A stretch of 51,667 nucleotides of DNA from Nemertoderma westbladi (taxonomy: Eukaryota > Animalia > Xenacoelomorpha), in assembly GCA_032718475.1 (NCBI GenBank), contig JAUCBJ010008766.1, positions 1 through 51,667 of the forward strand, written 5' to 3'. The notes under the pieces were generated by a model that saw nothing but the letters and a program-made list of their open reading frames with translations, did no database searches and was not told the DNA's origin. A program made the position numbers and the translations under genes. This document shows positions 21,847-34,149 of the stretch, piece after piece (the first letter of the stretch is position 1; every line of letters begins with the position of its first letter).

Positions 21847-23046
21847 TGTAAAAGCTTTTGTGGGATAACTGATTCGTTTGCTTTGCTAACCAGTTCCCCC
21901 CCGGTCGCTAGAATACTCTAAAGGGGATCTATAGCTAAAATAGTGCAAGCTACCAGCTTATTGGCTGATTTGCTGTACGCAGGTATCTGGGCTCTGTTTA
22001 ATCGGCCAACCAGCCTAGGAAGGTTGCGTCATAGCCTTGTTTTTGTATCTCCCAATAGAATTTGAGTTAGCCTTGATTTTGACCTATCACAGAGCTACTG
22101 AACTGAAATTTTCCTATCTCACTGCTCTTTCTCTGTGTTGAACGGGAGCTTCGTGGAATAAGGGTAGTTGGTATCCTCGTATAGAGTAGTAGTCACGAGT
22201 TTTTCAAAGCCACGAAAGAACGGCTTTGTAGTGTTTTGTGCTTTCTGCTTTTTAGCTCAACACTAGTAGGTTTAATTATAAGGACATATATCCTTTAATC
22301 GCAACGGCTTTAATCTGCTGACACACGGCTTTTAATAACTGCTGAAACTGCTAAAAATTACCTGCTCAATCAATACTGTATACTGCTATTTGTTGTCGGT
22401 TATTCATTATATTTGTTGATGAATTATTATATTGGAATAACGAGAAATAACCCCGAAAACCCAATATTCTTGATATACCGAAGGTAAGAGAGAAAGGTTA
22501 CCAATAACGATTGTGACTTATGTTAAAGTGGTTTGAAGTGAATCTAATGTTATTTGATAGACCCTACATGAGTCAGTCTGTGTTCCTTTTATATGTGACT
22601 AAAATCAGTGAAGATTGGCAGATTAGTGTGCAGTATTGTGCAGCATTGTGTATGAGTGAGTCTGTTAAAGAAGCATTTCCTAAAGAATGCGCCATATATG
22701 TGAATTATAATTAAGCCATATCGTTGTGAGTAGTTTAAGTCATAACTCTGTTTATATAGATAAAGCGCCACGTCCTAAAGGAACTGTTAATATTCCCGAA
22801 GGTGAATAATATTGTCAGAGATTATATAATACTGTCAGTCGAATAATACATTAGGCTTACATAGCAATAAAATTAAACCGTCGAACCCAATCTCCCGGGA
22901 ATATCCAGCGGGTGAATGATCGCGCACAGATTGGTTTCGACTAGTGTAGTGAATCAAATACTTGTCATAGGCTAAAAAGCGATTTAATATCTAGAAGACA
23001 TCTTAATTTGGCGGATTAAACTGCCAAAGGTCTGAAAGCGCGAACA
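21847..23046 (+). repeat. 3' LTR of element A
   Basis: Direct repeat of 5055-6254, followed by TSD CCACC. Confidence 0.97.
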
Positions 23047-23440
23047 CCACCTTCATTTTACCTTTTTTTTAAATTTAATTTTAACTTTTTTATCTATATT
23101 TCACTTTACCTTTTTTTATTTATAGGCCCCCTACCGGTACAGAATGCTGGTGGGCTGTCACAAAAGGTCCTTTTTTGGTTGACCCACACTGTGGCCACAA
23201 AATCTTACGGCTATATACCCATCTATTGTGCCATGAACTGGTAATCCAAATGCCTTCAATGTAGGTCCTAGTCACAGTTCTACACCCTATTCTATGGGGG
23301 AAAAAGGTAAAGCGAAATATAGATAAAAAAAGGAAAATGAAATTGAAAAAAAGGTAAAATGGCTGGATTTAAAAAAAAGAAGGTAAATTGAAGTATAAAA
23401 AAGTTAAAATGAAACACTACATAAAAAAAAGGTAAAAAGG
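23047..23440. mobile_element. small inverted-repeat element into which element A inserted (left arm begins ~5030)
   Basis: ttttaaatccacc|ttcattttaccttttttt...tatctatatttcactttacc is the imperfect reverse complement of ggtaaagcgaaatatagata...aaaggtaaaatggctggatttaaaa (23306-23378). Confidence 0.6.
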
Positions 23441-23739
23441 TTCGTAATCCCATATTGTAAATACTGTATTTTTATCTCTGGGACAAACAGCGGGGACCCT
23501 CTCGGAAACAAGGTTCGCCTTAAGAGGCTATCCCCGGTGCGCAATGTATCTTAATAACAATTTTAGTAATAATACCATTTCATAGCACCAAATTAATACT
23601 ACAAATCTCTGTCATGTCAATGTATGTATGTAATGTCATCTATGTTTGTGTTATTTAATTGTGTTATTTTATTGTTCATTTTAATTTCAATGTTATACTT
23701 TGAGCACCATTAAACCAATACCAATACCAGTATAGCAGT

Positions 23740-24275
23740 GTGTCACCGAGAATTAATCGGAAACTTAAGGTCCGATTATTTAGAACATCAGTAGTTCCAG
23801 TACTCCTCTATGGAAGTCCATGCTGGCGCTGGGCTCTAACTGCTCAGGACACCAAATCTCTGGGGATGGCACATTCACAAGAATGCTACGCCGGGTTCAA
23901 TGTGTCAAGTACAATGCACACATCTCCAACCAGACACTATATAACATTGGAGGTGTCTCATTGGTTCCCCCAAGCTTGACACTAGAACACAATCGCCTCC
24001 GCTTTGCAGGACATTGCTTTCGCCGTTAGGACCAGCCAGTGCATAATCTTGTACTTTGGCAGCCTCATGGAGTAAATAAGCATGGTGGACAGCCCATGAC
24101 TTTCTTGAGACGCATCTTAAAGGACACTGGCCTTGACTGCTTGAAGATGCGGATGATCTAGCAAATGTCATGGGTGATAGGGAGTTGTGGCGGCGCAATT
24201 TTGTCGACAAGCCGGCACAGCATTCTTAAAAATGCAGCTGCAATGCAGCATGCCGATCCTAGTAGTAGTAGTAGT
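23740..24275 (+). pseudogene. 5'-truncated RTE-type LINE fragment (C-terminus of ORF2) with (TAG)n tail
   Basis: KVRLFRTSVVPVLLYGSPCW, then frameshifted DGTFTRMLRR and RLRFAGHCFRR; tagtagtagtagtagt at 24260-24275. Confidence 0.8.
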
Positions 24276-24384
24276 GGTACCTAGGACCTAATGATTTGAT
24301 AAAGACGTTATTGCATATTTATTCTTTATTATTCTTTATTGCATAGGCCTACTTATTATTATTTTATTACATAATTAAGGCGGG

Positions 24385-24439
24385 GCAGCGGGATAGCTCA
24401 GTTGGTTGAGCGCCGGGCCTGCAATCTATTGGTTGTAGG
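24385..24439 (+). mobile_element. tRNA-derived SINE head, interrupted before the B box
   Basis: A box TAGCTCAGTTGGT, D arm and a CTGCAAT anticodon-like loop; no GTTCGA downstream. Confidence 0.55.
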
Positions 24440-25118
24440 CCAGGCTGGAAAAAGTCTCCCAGGCAGCCAGGCGCGCACTACGCCCGCGCACTTCATTGCC
24501 AACCGCGCATTCCCATATGCAATAATCGCTCACCCCAAAAATCTCAACCGCGCAACCGCGTACCCAAAAAAAAATTAAACCACGCACCCCGAAAATAAAA
24601 AGTAGGATACTAGGATAGTTTAAATTGCGCGAGAGTACTGCCTGACTGCTACCACTACGGTAAAGGAGATTATTGCTCTTCAATCAGTCAACTTTGCACT
24701 GTAATAAATACTATTCTGGGGCATTCTATTTATTTAATGAGTCTGTGAGTAGCTACGACTAGTAAAATGACATCAAGCAGTCTAATCTTCAAATAAATAA
24801 TGATCCAGAATATCAGAATATTGTGTATTTATTAAATATAATATGTGGCTGCCCTGCTGGCTGTATCGAATGCAAAGTTCTGCACTTTTTGAAGGCCCAT
24901 ACAGCCATATCTCAGCTATTTCTCAATTAAATTAATATTTATTTACAAATTTGGAATCCTTTCAACAACTCACAATAATGACGAAGAATAATTGCGGTGC
25001 GAGGTGTGACTGGTGCAAGGTTTAATTACTTATTAAACAATAATATTTTTTACTAATTATAATAATAATGATGATTTTAACAATAAAATTACATATTGAA
25101 CGATAAATAAAACACATA

Positions 25119-25214
25119 ATTTACCTTTTCGCCCTTCGATCTGACGTATTAACCTCCCTCGCTGCGCTCGGTCGGTAGACTGGTAGATAACAGATCTCGG
25201 GACGAACGGTAAAT
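25119..25214. repeat. imperfect palindromic element with CCTCGCTGCGCTCGG core
   Basis: atttacc-ttcg-cc-gatctg pairs with cagatc-gggacgaa-ggtaaat around a GC hairpin. Confidence 0.6.
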
Positions 25215-25756
25215 AAATATATTAATTTAAATAATTAATTATATAATTAATAATAAACATATTTTATTTACCGTATAACAAATAGTTCTGTAGTTATTTT
25301 TAATTTCCTACATTAGGCTACCTAATTTGCTATTTCACAATGGAAGAAACATTGATGGATGATATTTATGCTGGAATAGTCGCAGTTAAAAGTGAGAAGA
25401 TATACAAAAACATCATGACATCAAGGAAACTGTCGACAAGCCTGGCAGCCTGGCAATGTGCACAACATTATACTACGGGTGAAAATTGCACTTTAAATCT
25501 GTCGGTCTGTAGAATAGTGAAATGTAAATCTAAATTGGTAATTGCGGATTGTATATAGGCCTACTGTACTGTAACAAACATCAAAGTAATTATTTGACAA
25601 AAAATGTGACCTTCAACAAATAAATAATTTTGTTGTTCATCGAAAGTTGTGTTAAATTATTTACAGTAGGCCTGCATCTGTACATGTATTATGTTTTACA
25701 TCGCCAAGTAATAAAAAAACTAATAAATTTTGAACTAAAAAATTACCTGTTTTTCT

Positions 25757-26590
25757 AAACATACACCATAACCCTTAATACAAAAACCATTTTTAGGGGG
25801 TCGGAACCCCCCCCCCCCCCCCCCCCCCTATTTTTTTTTCAAATTTCAATAAAATGCTACAAAATTTGGTATGACGATAGATCGACACCTTTTCTTACTG
25901 GTGGCCTGGCTGGATTTTTCAATTTCTCAAGTTATTTCCATACAACAAGCCCTTAAAAAATCGTCTATTTAGCAATGTTTAACCACCTCCGTAGACTTTA
26001 TTTTTCGTCTTTGTAATGAAATCTAGATACCATTAGATCCGCCTTCATCTGCAGATTCCGAATCTGAAACCCGTTGTAAATTTCACAAAAAACTTTTGGA
26101 GATATTATCAAAATACTAAGGTGTAAATTCTGTGATGTAAATCGCTATAATTTTTTTTACTCAATTCTAGAATATTATAATTATGGGTAATGAAAAAACA
26201 AGATGGAGAGTTTTAAGCGCTCAGCTAAATAATAATTAATATTCTAGAATAAAGACAACAAAATATCAGAATTATAGCGATTTACGTCTCTGAATTCACA
26301 CCTCAGTATTTTGATTAATATCTCCGGAAGTTCTTGGTGAAATTTACAACGGTTTTCAAATGGTTAAACATTGCTAAATAGACATTTTTTAAGGGCTTGT
26401 TGTATGGAAATAACTGAGAAATTGAAAAATCCGGCCAGGCCACCAGTAAGAAAAGGTGTCGATCTATCATCATACCAAATTTCGTAGCATTTTATTGAAA
26501 TTTGAAAAAAATTAGGGTGGGGGGGGGGGGGGGGTGCTCCGACCCCCTAAAAATGGTTGTTGTATTAAGGGTTATGGTGTATGCTTAAAA
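25757..26590. mobile_element. foldback/MITE with long inverted arms
   Basis: catacaccataacccttaatacaa...(C)n arm is the reverse complement of (G)n...ttgtattaagggttatggtgtatg; inner arms 26070-26180 and 26235-26358; right arm lacks ~80 bp. Confidence 0.88.
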
Positions 26591-27292
26591 CATATAAGTA
26601 CGGAAACCGAATAGTTGAAACGAAATAGTTTAAATAACCTGCCACGAATGCATACGACGACATAAAGACCCGCTTCATTAAGGGGTCGGGTGCTTTCAAT
26701 ATGCGTACTCGAGATTTGCAGTTTAATGATTTTAAATTTTATTGTTTTATATTAAATTGTCAATTAAAATTACTGTACTTACATATGTTTTCAGTTTTAA
26801 GTATATGTTTAGAAAAACAGGTTATGGTAATGGTGCGCGCAAGCGCAAACACGCTACCGGTATGTGCGCACAAGCGCACACATCTGGCTTGCACTGTGGG
26901 CGCACGGCGCAGGTTTTTGGCCTTTTCCGCGCATAGATAGATAGATTTATTTATACATTATGTAAAAACAATAACAAATACACCAAACAATGTACCGGTA
27001 TAAAGGTATTGTCCAACATAACATATAGGGTTACCCCTAAAGCTTTGCAGCTTATTTCCAAGGGGGTCCTTTATGTTACTTGGTTACAAATACAATATTA
27101 CACTACGCTAACCTAAAACCAATATAAAACGTAATTACACTATGTACATGTACAACTTTACCGAGAGCGTGACAATGTCCGACTTAACGATAAAGATATA
27201 ATGTACAGAACAATTTATTATAAAACGTAATTACAGTATAAATAGTAAATAATTAATAAACTAATAACTTACCGTAGGACTATTGTACCTAT

Positions 27293-27750
27293 TTATACAT
27301 TGCACATGGAGGTGAGATTAACTGCAGATTTAAAAGAATGTTGATTATCTAGGTTTTTAATTTCATTAGGCAGAGCGTTCCAATTTTTAATGCCGTTAAA
27401 AAAGAAAGTATCAGATTCGAAGGATTTACAATTCGGGAGGTAGAAGTTTGAAGCACTAGCTCTGGTACTGTAAGAGTGTGTATCGCGTACCCTGTTGAAT
27501 TTTTGTTTTAGGTAATTGGGACATTTACCATTATACACTTTATGCACATGGTTAAGGCGTAGCTGCTTAACTCTACTATCTAAGTTAAGTAGTCCAGATT
27601 CAGAAAAGTCATCTGGAGTTAGGTGGTGCCTAGATTTGTAGTCTTTAATAAATCGTACTACTTTATTCTGAGCAACTTGTAATTTACATTTAAGCTGTTT
27701 GGTTAGGCCTTCATACCAAGAAGAGCAAGCATAGTCCATGTGACACTGTA
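27293..27750 (-). pseudogene. LINE ORF2 C-terminus
   Basis: IQCHMDYACSSWY, LQVAQNKVVRFI, HSYSTR, WNALP; joins in frame to RKLLCPSL (29260 side) when the MITE and one TTAA are removed. Confidence 0.9.
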
Positions 27751-27754
27751 TTAA

Positions 27755-29256
27755 CCCTATTACCACTGGGGTGTTTTGACCATTAGCACCATTGGGCGAT
27801 TCGGCCCACCCACTATATTTTTGTAGTCGTCCAATGAAATCCTACAAAATTTGGGCTGTTGGTGAAACAACTATAGATGAACACCACCAAACCTTAAAAA
27901 ATTAAAATTTCATAAGCAGGGACTCATAATTTTGATGAAAAATAAAAGTAGCCCCAGGACAAAATTACAAAATTTTTCGTTTTCTAAAAACTAATAGTGT
28001 GGCAGTGTTGGCTAGATTTAGTAGGTTTTTCAAGACGCTGAATCGAATGTGATTATATTCCACTTCCAAAAATTGAAGTGGATGCTATTTTTCGTGCACC
28101 TAAGAAGTGGGCGTGGCACTTCAAATTTTAAAAAATTAGATATTCAGAAAATGCCCCTAATTTTTTTTATTTCAACGCATCTTTATGGGTTTTCTGGGCC
28201 GCTGAATCGATTGAAAGTAATATAGAAGCCTGAAGACTGAGTGGTTCGCCATTTTTGGTGCACCAAAATTAGGGCGTGGCACTTCAAATTTTGAAAAATA
28301 CGAGATTCAGAAAATAAACCAAAATTGAAATTTTAACGAATTTATATAGGTTTTCCAGACCGCTGAATCGATTGAAAGTAATATAGAAAGCCTGAAGACT
28401 TAGAAGTTAGCCATTTTTTGAAATCAAAACTTTAGTGTTTTTTCCGAATAAAATAATTTTGAAAATTTGAAGTGCCACGCCCTAATTTTGGTGCACCGAA
28501 AATCGAAAATTACGTACACAAAGGATTTGAGGCTTCTATATTACTTTCAATCGATTCAGCGCTCCAGAAAACCTATAAAATTAATTTGAAATCAAAACAT
28601 TTTTGTGAATTTTCCGAATCTCGTATTTTTCAAAATTTGAAGTGCCACGCCCTAATTTTGGTGCACCAAAAATGGCGAACCACTAAGTCTTCAGGCTTCT
28701 ATACTACTTTTAATCGATTCAGCGCTCCAGAAAACCAATAAAAATGCTTCGTTTTATTATCTATGTTTTATTATCTATGTGAATAAATGAGACTTAAAGA
28801 GTAAAAAAAAAAAAAAAAAAAAATGCTTCGAAATCAGAACTTTAGTAAATTTTCCGAATAAAGTAATTTTGAAATTTTAAAGTGCCACGCCCTAAATTTG
28901 GTGCTCCAAAAATGACGTACCACTACACTTACATACTTGTATAGAGCATTAGAGTGATCCAAACCAATAAAAATAAATAAAAATAGCCCAAACATAAATA
29001 ATTATGTACTAAATCACGAATGACTTTGTAAAATTCGAAAATTTCAAAAAAATTGGTGCTGGAGACCAAATTTTGAGGTGGTACCCACATCGAAAAGTAG
29101 AAATCCAATTGCAACGGCGTTTTTTGCAAAAGATGCGGCATTAAATTTGGCTAATTCTCACAATAAATTGGGCCGGTACGTAATGTGGTTGCATAGTTAC
29201 AGCAACTAAAAACTAGGAAGGGGCCGATTCGCCCCCCCCCCCCAGTGGTAATAGGG
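27755..29256. mobile_element. non-autonomous piggyBac-type element
   Basis: 17-bp TIR CCCTATTACCACTGGGG at both ends; TTAA duplication at 27751-27754 and 29257-29260; internal ~160-bp repeats in both orientations. Confidence 0.93.
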
Positions 29257-29260
29257 TTAA

Positions 29261-30862
29261 AGAAGGGCAAAGTAACTTGCGGGAGTCAGTGTTTAAACTA
29301 TTTTTATTTCTGTATAGAAACCTAAGCCTACTGTTAACTTTCGAGAAAATGTTTTTCACTGTGCTTTCTCCTGATAAGCAGTTATCCAATGTGGCGCCTA
29401 AATACTTGTAACTTCCTTTTTATTTTCCATCTTATGTCCATTACTAGTGACTTCAAACTTAGTTACCTTCTTTAACTTTCTTTTGGAACCAAACAAAATA
29501 CTTTCAGTCTTACCGTAGTGAATGGTTTAGCTTATTATCAACCAACCACTCATTACAGGATTCTAGAACTGCACTTAACTTTTGGGAAATATGGATAGGA
29601 TCTTTATGAGAGAAAATAAGAGCACTGTCGTCGGCATATAAAATGAGTTTAAAATCGGGATATACAGTATATCATTTACAGTAGACTGCGATTTGCTAAT
29701 GACTACAGTTTGACCTCTGTCTGACAGGTAGGACTTGAACCAGTCTATAGAACCTACACCCATCAGGCCTAACTTACCAAGCAGAATTTCAAGATCTACA
29801 GTATCGAAAGCCTTTTGTAGGTCCAACATTACCATACCAGTATATAAACTCTTTGCGTTATTACATATAATTGTATCAGTTAAGTTAATAAGGCAGGTGT
29901 CTGTAGAATATGATTTACGAAAACCGGACTGAAATTCATAGATCAGATTTAGCCTACTAAGATGTGCTTCCAGCTGTAGAAAAACAGAACGTTCTAGAAT
30001 TTTAGATACAATACTTAAGATACTAACAGGTCTGTAATTACAGGGTTCTACTTTACTATTCTTGTTATACAGAGGAACAACCTTAGCTAATTTCAGTTCG
30101 TCTGGTACTACATTATCTACGATAGAGTAATTAATAATAAAAGTAATAGTCACTTTAAGTACTTCAGCACCATCCTTAAGAAAACGAGCAGGTATTAGGT
30201 CTAGACCGGTACTTTTTGAGGCTGATAGGCTAAGTAGATTTTGAAAAACGAAATCCTCAGAAACGGGTTTTAAAAATAACTTTTCTGAATTTTGTAACTT
30301 TTCTAAATAAAAATTATTTAGAGTTTCGGACCCTATACTATATTTATTACTTGATAACGGTAACTTCTTAACTAAATTAGAGGCAACATTAGTAAAATAA
30401 TTATTAAATAAATTACTAACTAGAGTATGAGCATGAATCAGCTCACCGTTATCTTGCAGAACAATATTCGATTTAGATTTAAGGTTTTTATAACCTAAAG
30501 ATTTTAGGGTAGACCATAGACTTTTAGGACTATCTTTATTCTCACTTATTTTGTTGTACAAATATTCAGATTTAGCTTTTTTTATTTCCCGTTGGACAAG
30601 GTTTCTATATTTGCAGTAATTATTATAATCAGCTAAAACATTTCCTAAAATATTTCCTAAACTTATACAAATAGTTATCTCTTTCTCTGATATTACTAAG
30701 AATACCCGAGGTCATCCAGGGCTCAGTGCGTTGTTTAAGACTAATTTCTTTAATTGGTGCTACAGTATTAAGTGCCTTTAGAAATATATCTTTAAAAACA
30801 GTGTACGCAAGGTTAATGTCAGCGGCCTTAAAACAGGGTTCCCAGTCAGAATTAACTAACAA
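29261..30862 (-). pseudogene. LINE reverse transcriptase region, frameshifted, with motif B deleted
   Basis: KSTGLD, NYRPVSILSIVSKILER, QSGFR, LDLQKAFDTVD, YADD (~29626-29637); the GVPQGSILGP segment is missing at SQST|VND. Confidence 0.92.
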
Positions 30863-30959
30863 ACTTAAAAAGCGTTCCTTGCTGTAATTTGTAATAGACC
30901 TAACTGTTACTGTTTTATGATCCCCGAAAAAAGATTTTTGTGTCTTTCTTGTGCAAAAA

Positions 30960-31575
30960 ACTATAAAATGATGGCTTAGACCTATAGGTAAAACCCCAGA
31001 TTGAGAAATATATCGGTATTATTACAAAGGATGTGATATAGTAAAGTAGAAGTTTTAGTGGTAATTCTGGTAGAATCTCAAATAATTTGTTTTAAGCCAA
31101 ACAAATTTAAAATACTTTGGTACTGTTTACAGATGGGGGATGCTTTGTGATGGTAACAGATATTAAAATCACCTAAGAAATATATTTCACAGTCTGACCT
31201 AAGATTACATAAAATTGTATTTTCAAAATTTTGCAAAAAATCTGAATGTTTAGGGGGCCGATATAAAGTACCGATTAAAATAGGTTTAGTTTTAGGAAGT
31301 AAAAGTTCCACCAGTAAAACTTCGTCACAAGTCTCTAAATCTTCCCTACGATTAAAAGCTAAATCACATCGAATGTAAGTACAGACACCACCACCGTGTC
31401 TGTCCCTATCCTTACGTAAAACTATGTAATTATCAATATAAATTTCTCCATCAGAAACGCTATCATCGAGCCAAGTTTCAGAGATTGTTAAAACTGCTGG
31501 GTTGGATTTATTGATTAAAATACGAATTTCGGAAAGTTTGGGAAGCAGAGATCATGCATTTAAATGCAAAAAATT
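30960..31575 (-). pseudogene. LINE apurinic endonuclease (APE) domain
   Basis: ISETWLDDS, RKDRDRHGGGVCTYI, YRPPK, LGDFNI, LSHHF; in-frame stop and frameshifts. Confidence 0.9.
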
Positions 31576-31689
31576 CAGACCCTTTTTTCTTAAAAAATTT
31601 AAAAGTTTCACTCTGACTCTTTCACTTGGAGTTTGCAGAGGCGATGTGAGGAATGAATCGTCGGTTTCTGATTCTAAAATTGTATCATG

Positions 31690-32205
31690 AAAGGGAAGTT
31701 CGGTAAATATACAGCTATTGCAGAGAAAACTTGGCTCAAGATTGTTTCTGGTGGAGAATAAATTACTGCTTTTCCTACGGTAACATTTTAAATGTAGAAA
31801 TGTGTCACAACTCTCGCATTGGGCGATCTTACTCCGAGAGTTTGTTCCTCGTTGACAGACGCGGACAGTTGATCTTCGGGGTCCGCGTCCTGCTGGGTTG
31901 GTCTCAATATCCCCAGCCAGAGACAGAAGACATAGTTTGGCGATTAGGCCTCTAGTTCGTGGAGAGGAGACTCAAGATCTTCTTCCCCGACGAGAGCAGT
32001 AGAGGCTAAATCCACTCGTCGACCAGACGAGTAGACCAGTAGACACTTCGGCGCGGCAGTTCGAAACGGTAGCGACAGGGTGTTCCGCAAACCAGTCCAA
32101 TACGGGTATTGGGTGGGTTGCAGGGTTACCCCGCGGATCGGATGGTTCTGCCACAACGAAACGGCCCAGAACGATGAAAACTGTGGAGATTAAGAGCGGT
32201 GACAT
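31690..32205 (-). pseudogene. LINE ORF N-terminus: hydrophobic leader, 2A-like motif and PHD finger
   Basis: MSPLLISTVFIVLGRFVVA...*...LCLLSLAGDIETNPAG...VCQRGTNSRSKIAQCESCDTFLHLKC...FLCNSCIFTELPF. Confidence 0.8.
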
Positions 32206-32250
32206 TGTGCTGTCTGGCTGTAGTCTGACTCAAAGGATAAAAACTGTATA

Positions 32251-34023
32251 GGGTAGAGTGGGGTAAGTGCATTTTTGGGGCAAGTGCCCAATTCGTCATT
32301 ATCTCAGCACCATTTAACCACACTAACACCAACTTTTTGTGAATAGTCAGTATCTCTGTGCTACTCCCTAAAAACGTGAAATCTACATTTTAATTGGTGG
32401 AGTTTGAATGAAACCTCCTGGAATATTTCGCGGGAAATTTGAATTATAGTATGTATGTATATTTATGGTTAGAAATTCATTCCACTGTAACTTTTGAGCT
32501 GAGTACTGAAATAGGTTACTGTAAAATGTATTCTGTGCACAGCTTAGTAGTCTTCCATGTCATTTACATTCACTTACCCCAGTAGCAACACCTATCCAAG
32601 CATTGAGATTTTTGTTAAAATTGTGCACTTACCCCATGCCATTTTGGTTTGGGGTAAGTGCATTTTTCTACATTCAATGACATTAGGCTGTGAGAAAATA
32701 TAACTTGTTCCATTCTGTAGTGTAAGGCTATAAGCTATGTTGAAGGCAGGATGGCCTATTGGTTGTGGGTAAGGGATACTGTAGCTATTCAGTAGTAACT
32801 CTCTTTAGTCATTAGGCCTATTATTATTAAATATTGATTATTACATTGATCCCCGACATGTCTCGAAATTATAAGAGAAAGACAACTCGAGCTAACTATA
32901 CTCAGGAAAAACGACTTCAGTCTGGAAAAATGAAGGCATCTGTCGCTTCAGCCCATTTTAAGATACCGGAGTCAACCATTCGTGGCCATGTTTCGGGATA
33001 CCGTGGGTTATCCAGGGGTGCAGGTGGAAGGCCTCTAACAATACCATATAGTATAGAGAAAGTACTGGCAGATAATTTAAAAACGATGGGGAAGTGGGGA
33101 TTTGGATTGACACGAACTGAAGTGATGGAGACTGTTGGTGACTATTGTGTGAAAAATAAGATTAAGAATAGTTTTAAAGATGGTATACCACCAGGTGAAG
33201 ACTGGTTTTTGAGATTTAAAAAGGATCACCGTCTTACTGTTAAGTGCCCTGAACCATTAGAGGTGAGCAGAGCTAAACAGCAGGGAGACCCATTTATTAT
33301 TTACAATTTCTTCGACATTTTGGAGGATTTATATGAAGAACATGATTTTCACAACCACCCTGAAAGGGTATTTAACTGTGATGAATCATATATCTGTAGC
33401 GACCCTAAAAGAGTAAAGGTTGTCTGTGAGGTGAATAAGCCTGCTAATCGTCAGACTGCAGGTCCCAGTAGAGATAACACCACCATCCTGGCTTGTGGTG
33501 ATGCAACTGGGAAATTGATGGCTCCAATGATACTATTCCAAGGCAAGAGTTTTTGGACCAGTTGGATCCCTGAGCAATCCAAGTTATATCCTCCAGATAC
33601 TGCTTTTGGTTATTCGGAATCAGGATGGATGACATCTGTACTATTCCACAGATGGTTTCAGAAAAACTTTATTGCTAAGTTCCCAAAGGATCGTGATTAT
33701 TGGATTTTATTAATTTTTGATGGACACTCATCGCATGTTCAACTCCCAACTATAATCTTAGCTGTGACCTCAAAGATCATTCTGCTTCTTTTACCACCCC
33801 ATCTGTCACATAAATTACAGCCGTTGGATGTTGGATTCTTCTCATCATTTAAATATATCTGGAACTTGAAAGTTGTTGCTTGGCAACGTGCACATTATGG
33901 AGTGAAGATTGATAAACACAACTTAGCATGTCTATTAAGCGAATGTTGGAAAATACTAGACACAAAGGAAGTTAACCTCGCTGCTGGTTTCTCGAAATCA
34001 GGAATTTTTCCGTGTGATCATAC
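32251..34023 (+). mobile_element. pogo-superfamily DNA transposon, left part (remainder expected beyond window end)
   Basis: TA then GGGTAGAGTGGGGTAAGTGC terminus; GGGGTAAGTG motif repeated in both orientations at ~32260, 32571, 32626 and 32651; transposase ORF downstream. Confidence 0.8.
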
Positions 34024-34036
34024 CAAGGTGTACTAA
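32858..34036 (+). CDS. pogo/CENP-B-like DD35D transposase, C-terminally truncated by the P element (last codons come from its TIR)
   Basis: MSRNYKRKT start, two HTH regions, VFNCDES, LIFDGHSSH and LQPLDVG with 35 residues between the last two D. Confidence 0.92.
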   Translation: MSRNYKRKTTRANYTQEKRLQSGKMKASVASAHFKIPESTIRGHVSGYRGLSRGAGGRPLTIPYSIEKVLADNLKTMGKWGFGLTRTEVMETVGDYCVKNKIKNSFKDGIPPGEDWFLRFKKDHRLTVKCPEPLEVSRAKQQGDPFIIYNFFDILEDLYEEHDFHNHPERVFNCDESYICSDPKRVKVVCEVNKPANRQTAGPSRDNTTILACGDATGKLMAPMILFQGKSFWTSWIPEQSKLYPPDTAFGYSESGWMTSVLFHRWFQKNFIAKFPKDRDYWILLIFDGHSSHVQLPTIILAVTSKIILLLLPPHLSHKLQPLDVGFFSSFKYIWNLKVVAWQRAHYGVKIDKHNLACLLSECWKILDTKEVNLAAGFSKSGIFPCDHTKVY

Positions 34037-34149
34037 ATAACAGGTCATGCAGCGAGAATTGGCCTCCAATTATTGGAGGCTGAACATTTTTATTAAAGTG
34101 GGAGGGTGTACCTACGATTTTAAATCACACAAGATTAATAAAATTACCC

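Larger units (their letters stand above)
5055..23046 (+). mobile_element. full-length BEL/Pao LTR retrotransposon, element A (17,992 bp)
   Basis: Two 1200-bp LTRs (TGT...ACA) differing at ~5 positions; 5-bp TSD CCACC (5050-5054 and 23047-23051); single Gag-PR-RT-RH-IN ORF. Confidence 0.97.
26933..32250 (-). mobile_element. decayed CR1/L2-group LINE (2A-like, PHD, APE, RT), interrupted by a piggyBac-type MITE
   Basis: Domain fragments in order on the minus strand; 3' end AATAAA-(TCTA)n at 26933-26953; 3' UTR stem-loop GACCCCCTTGGAAATAAG...TTTAGGGGTAACC at ~27028-27070. Confidence 0.9.

Noticed and set aside
24385-24439. Functional tRNA-Cys gene
   Set aside because: No T arm, B box or acceptor-stem 3' strand
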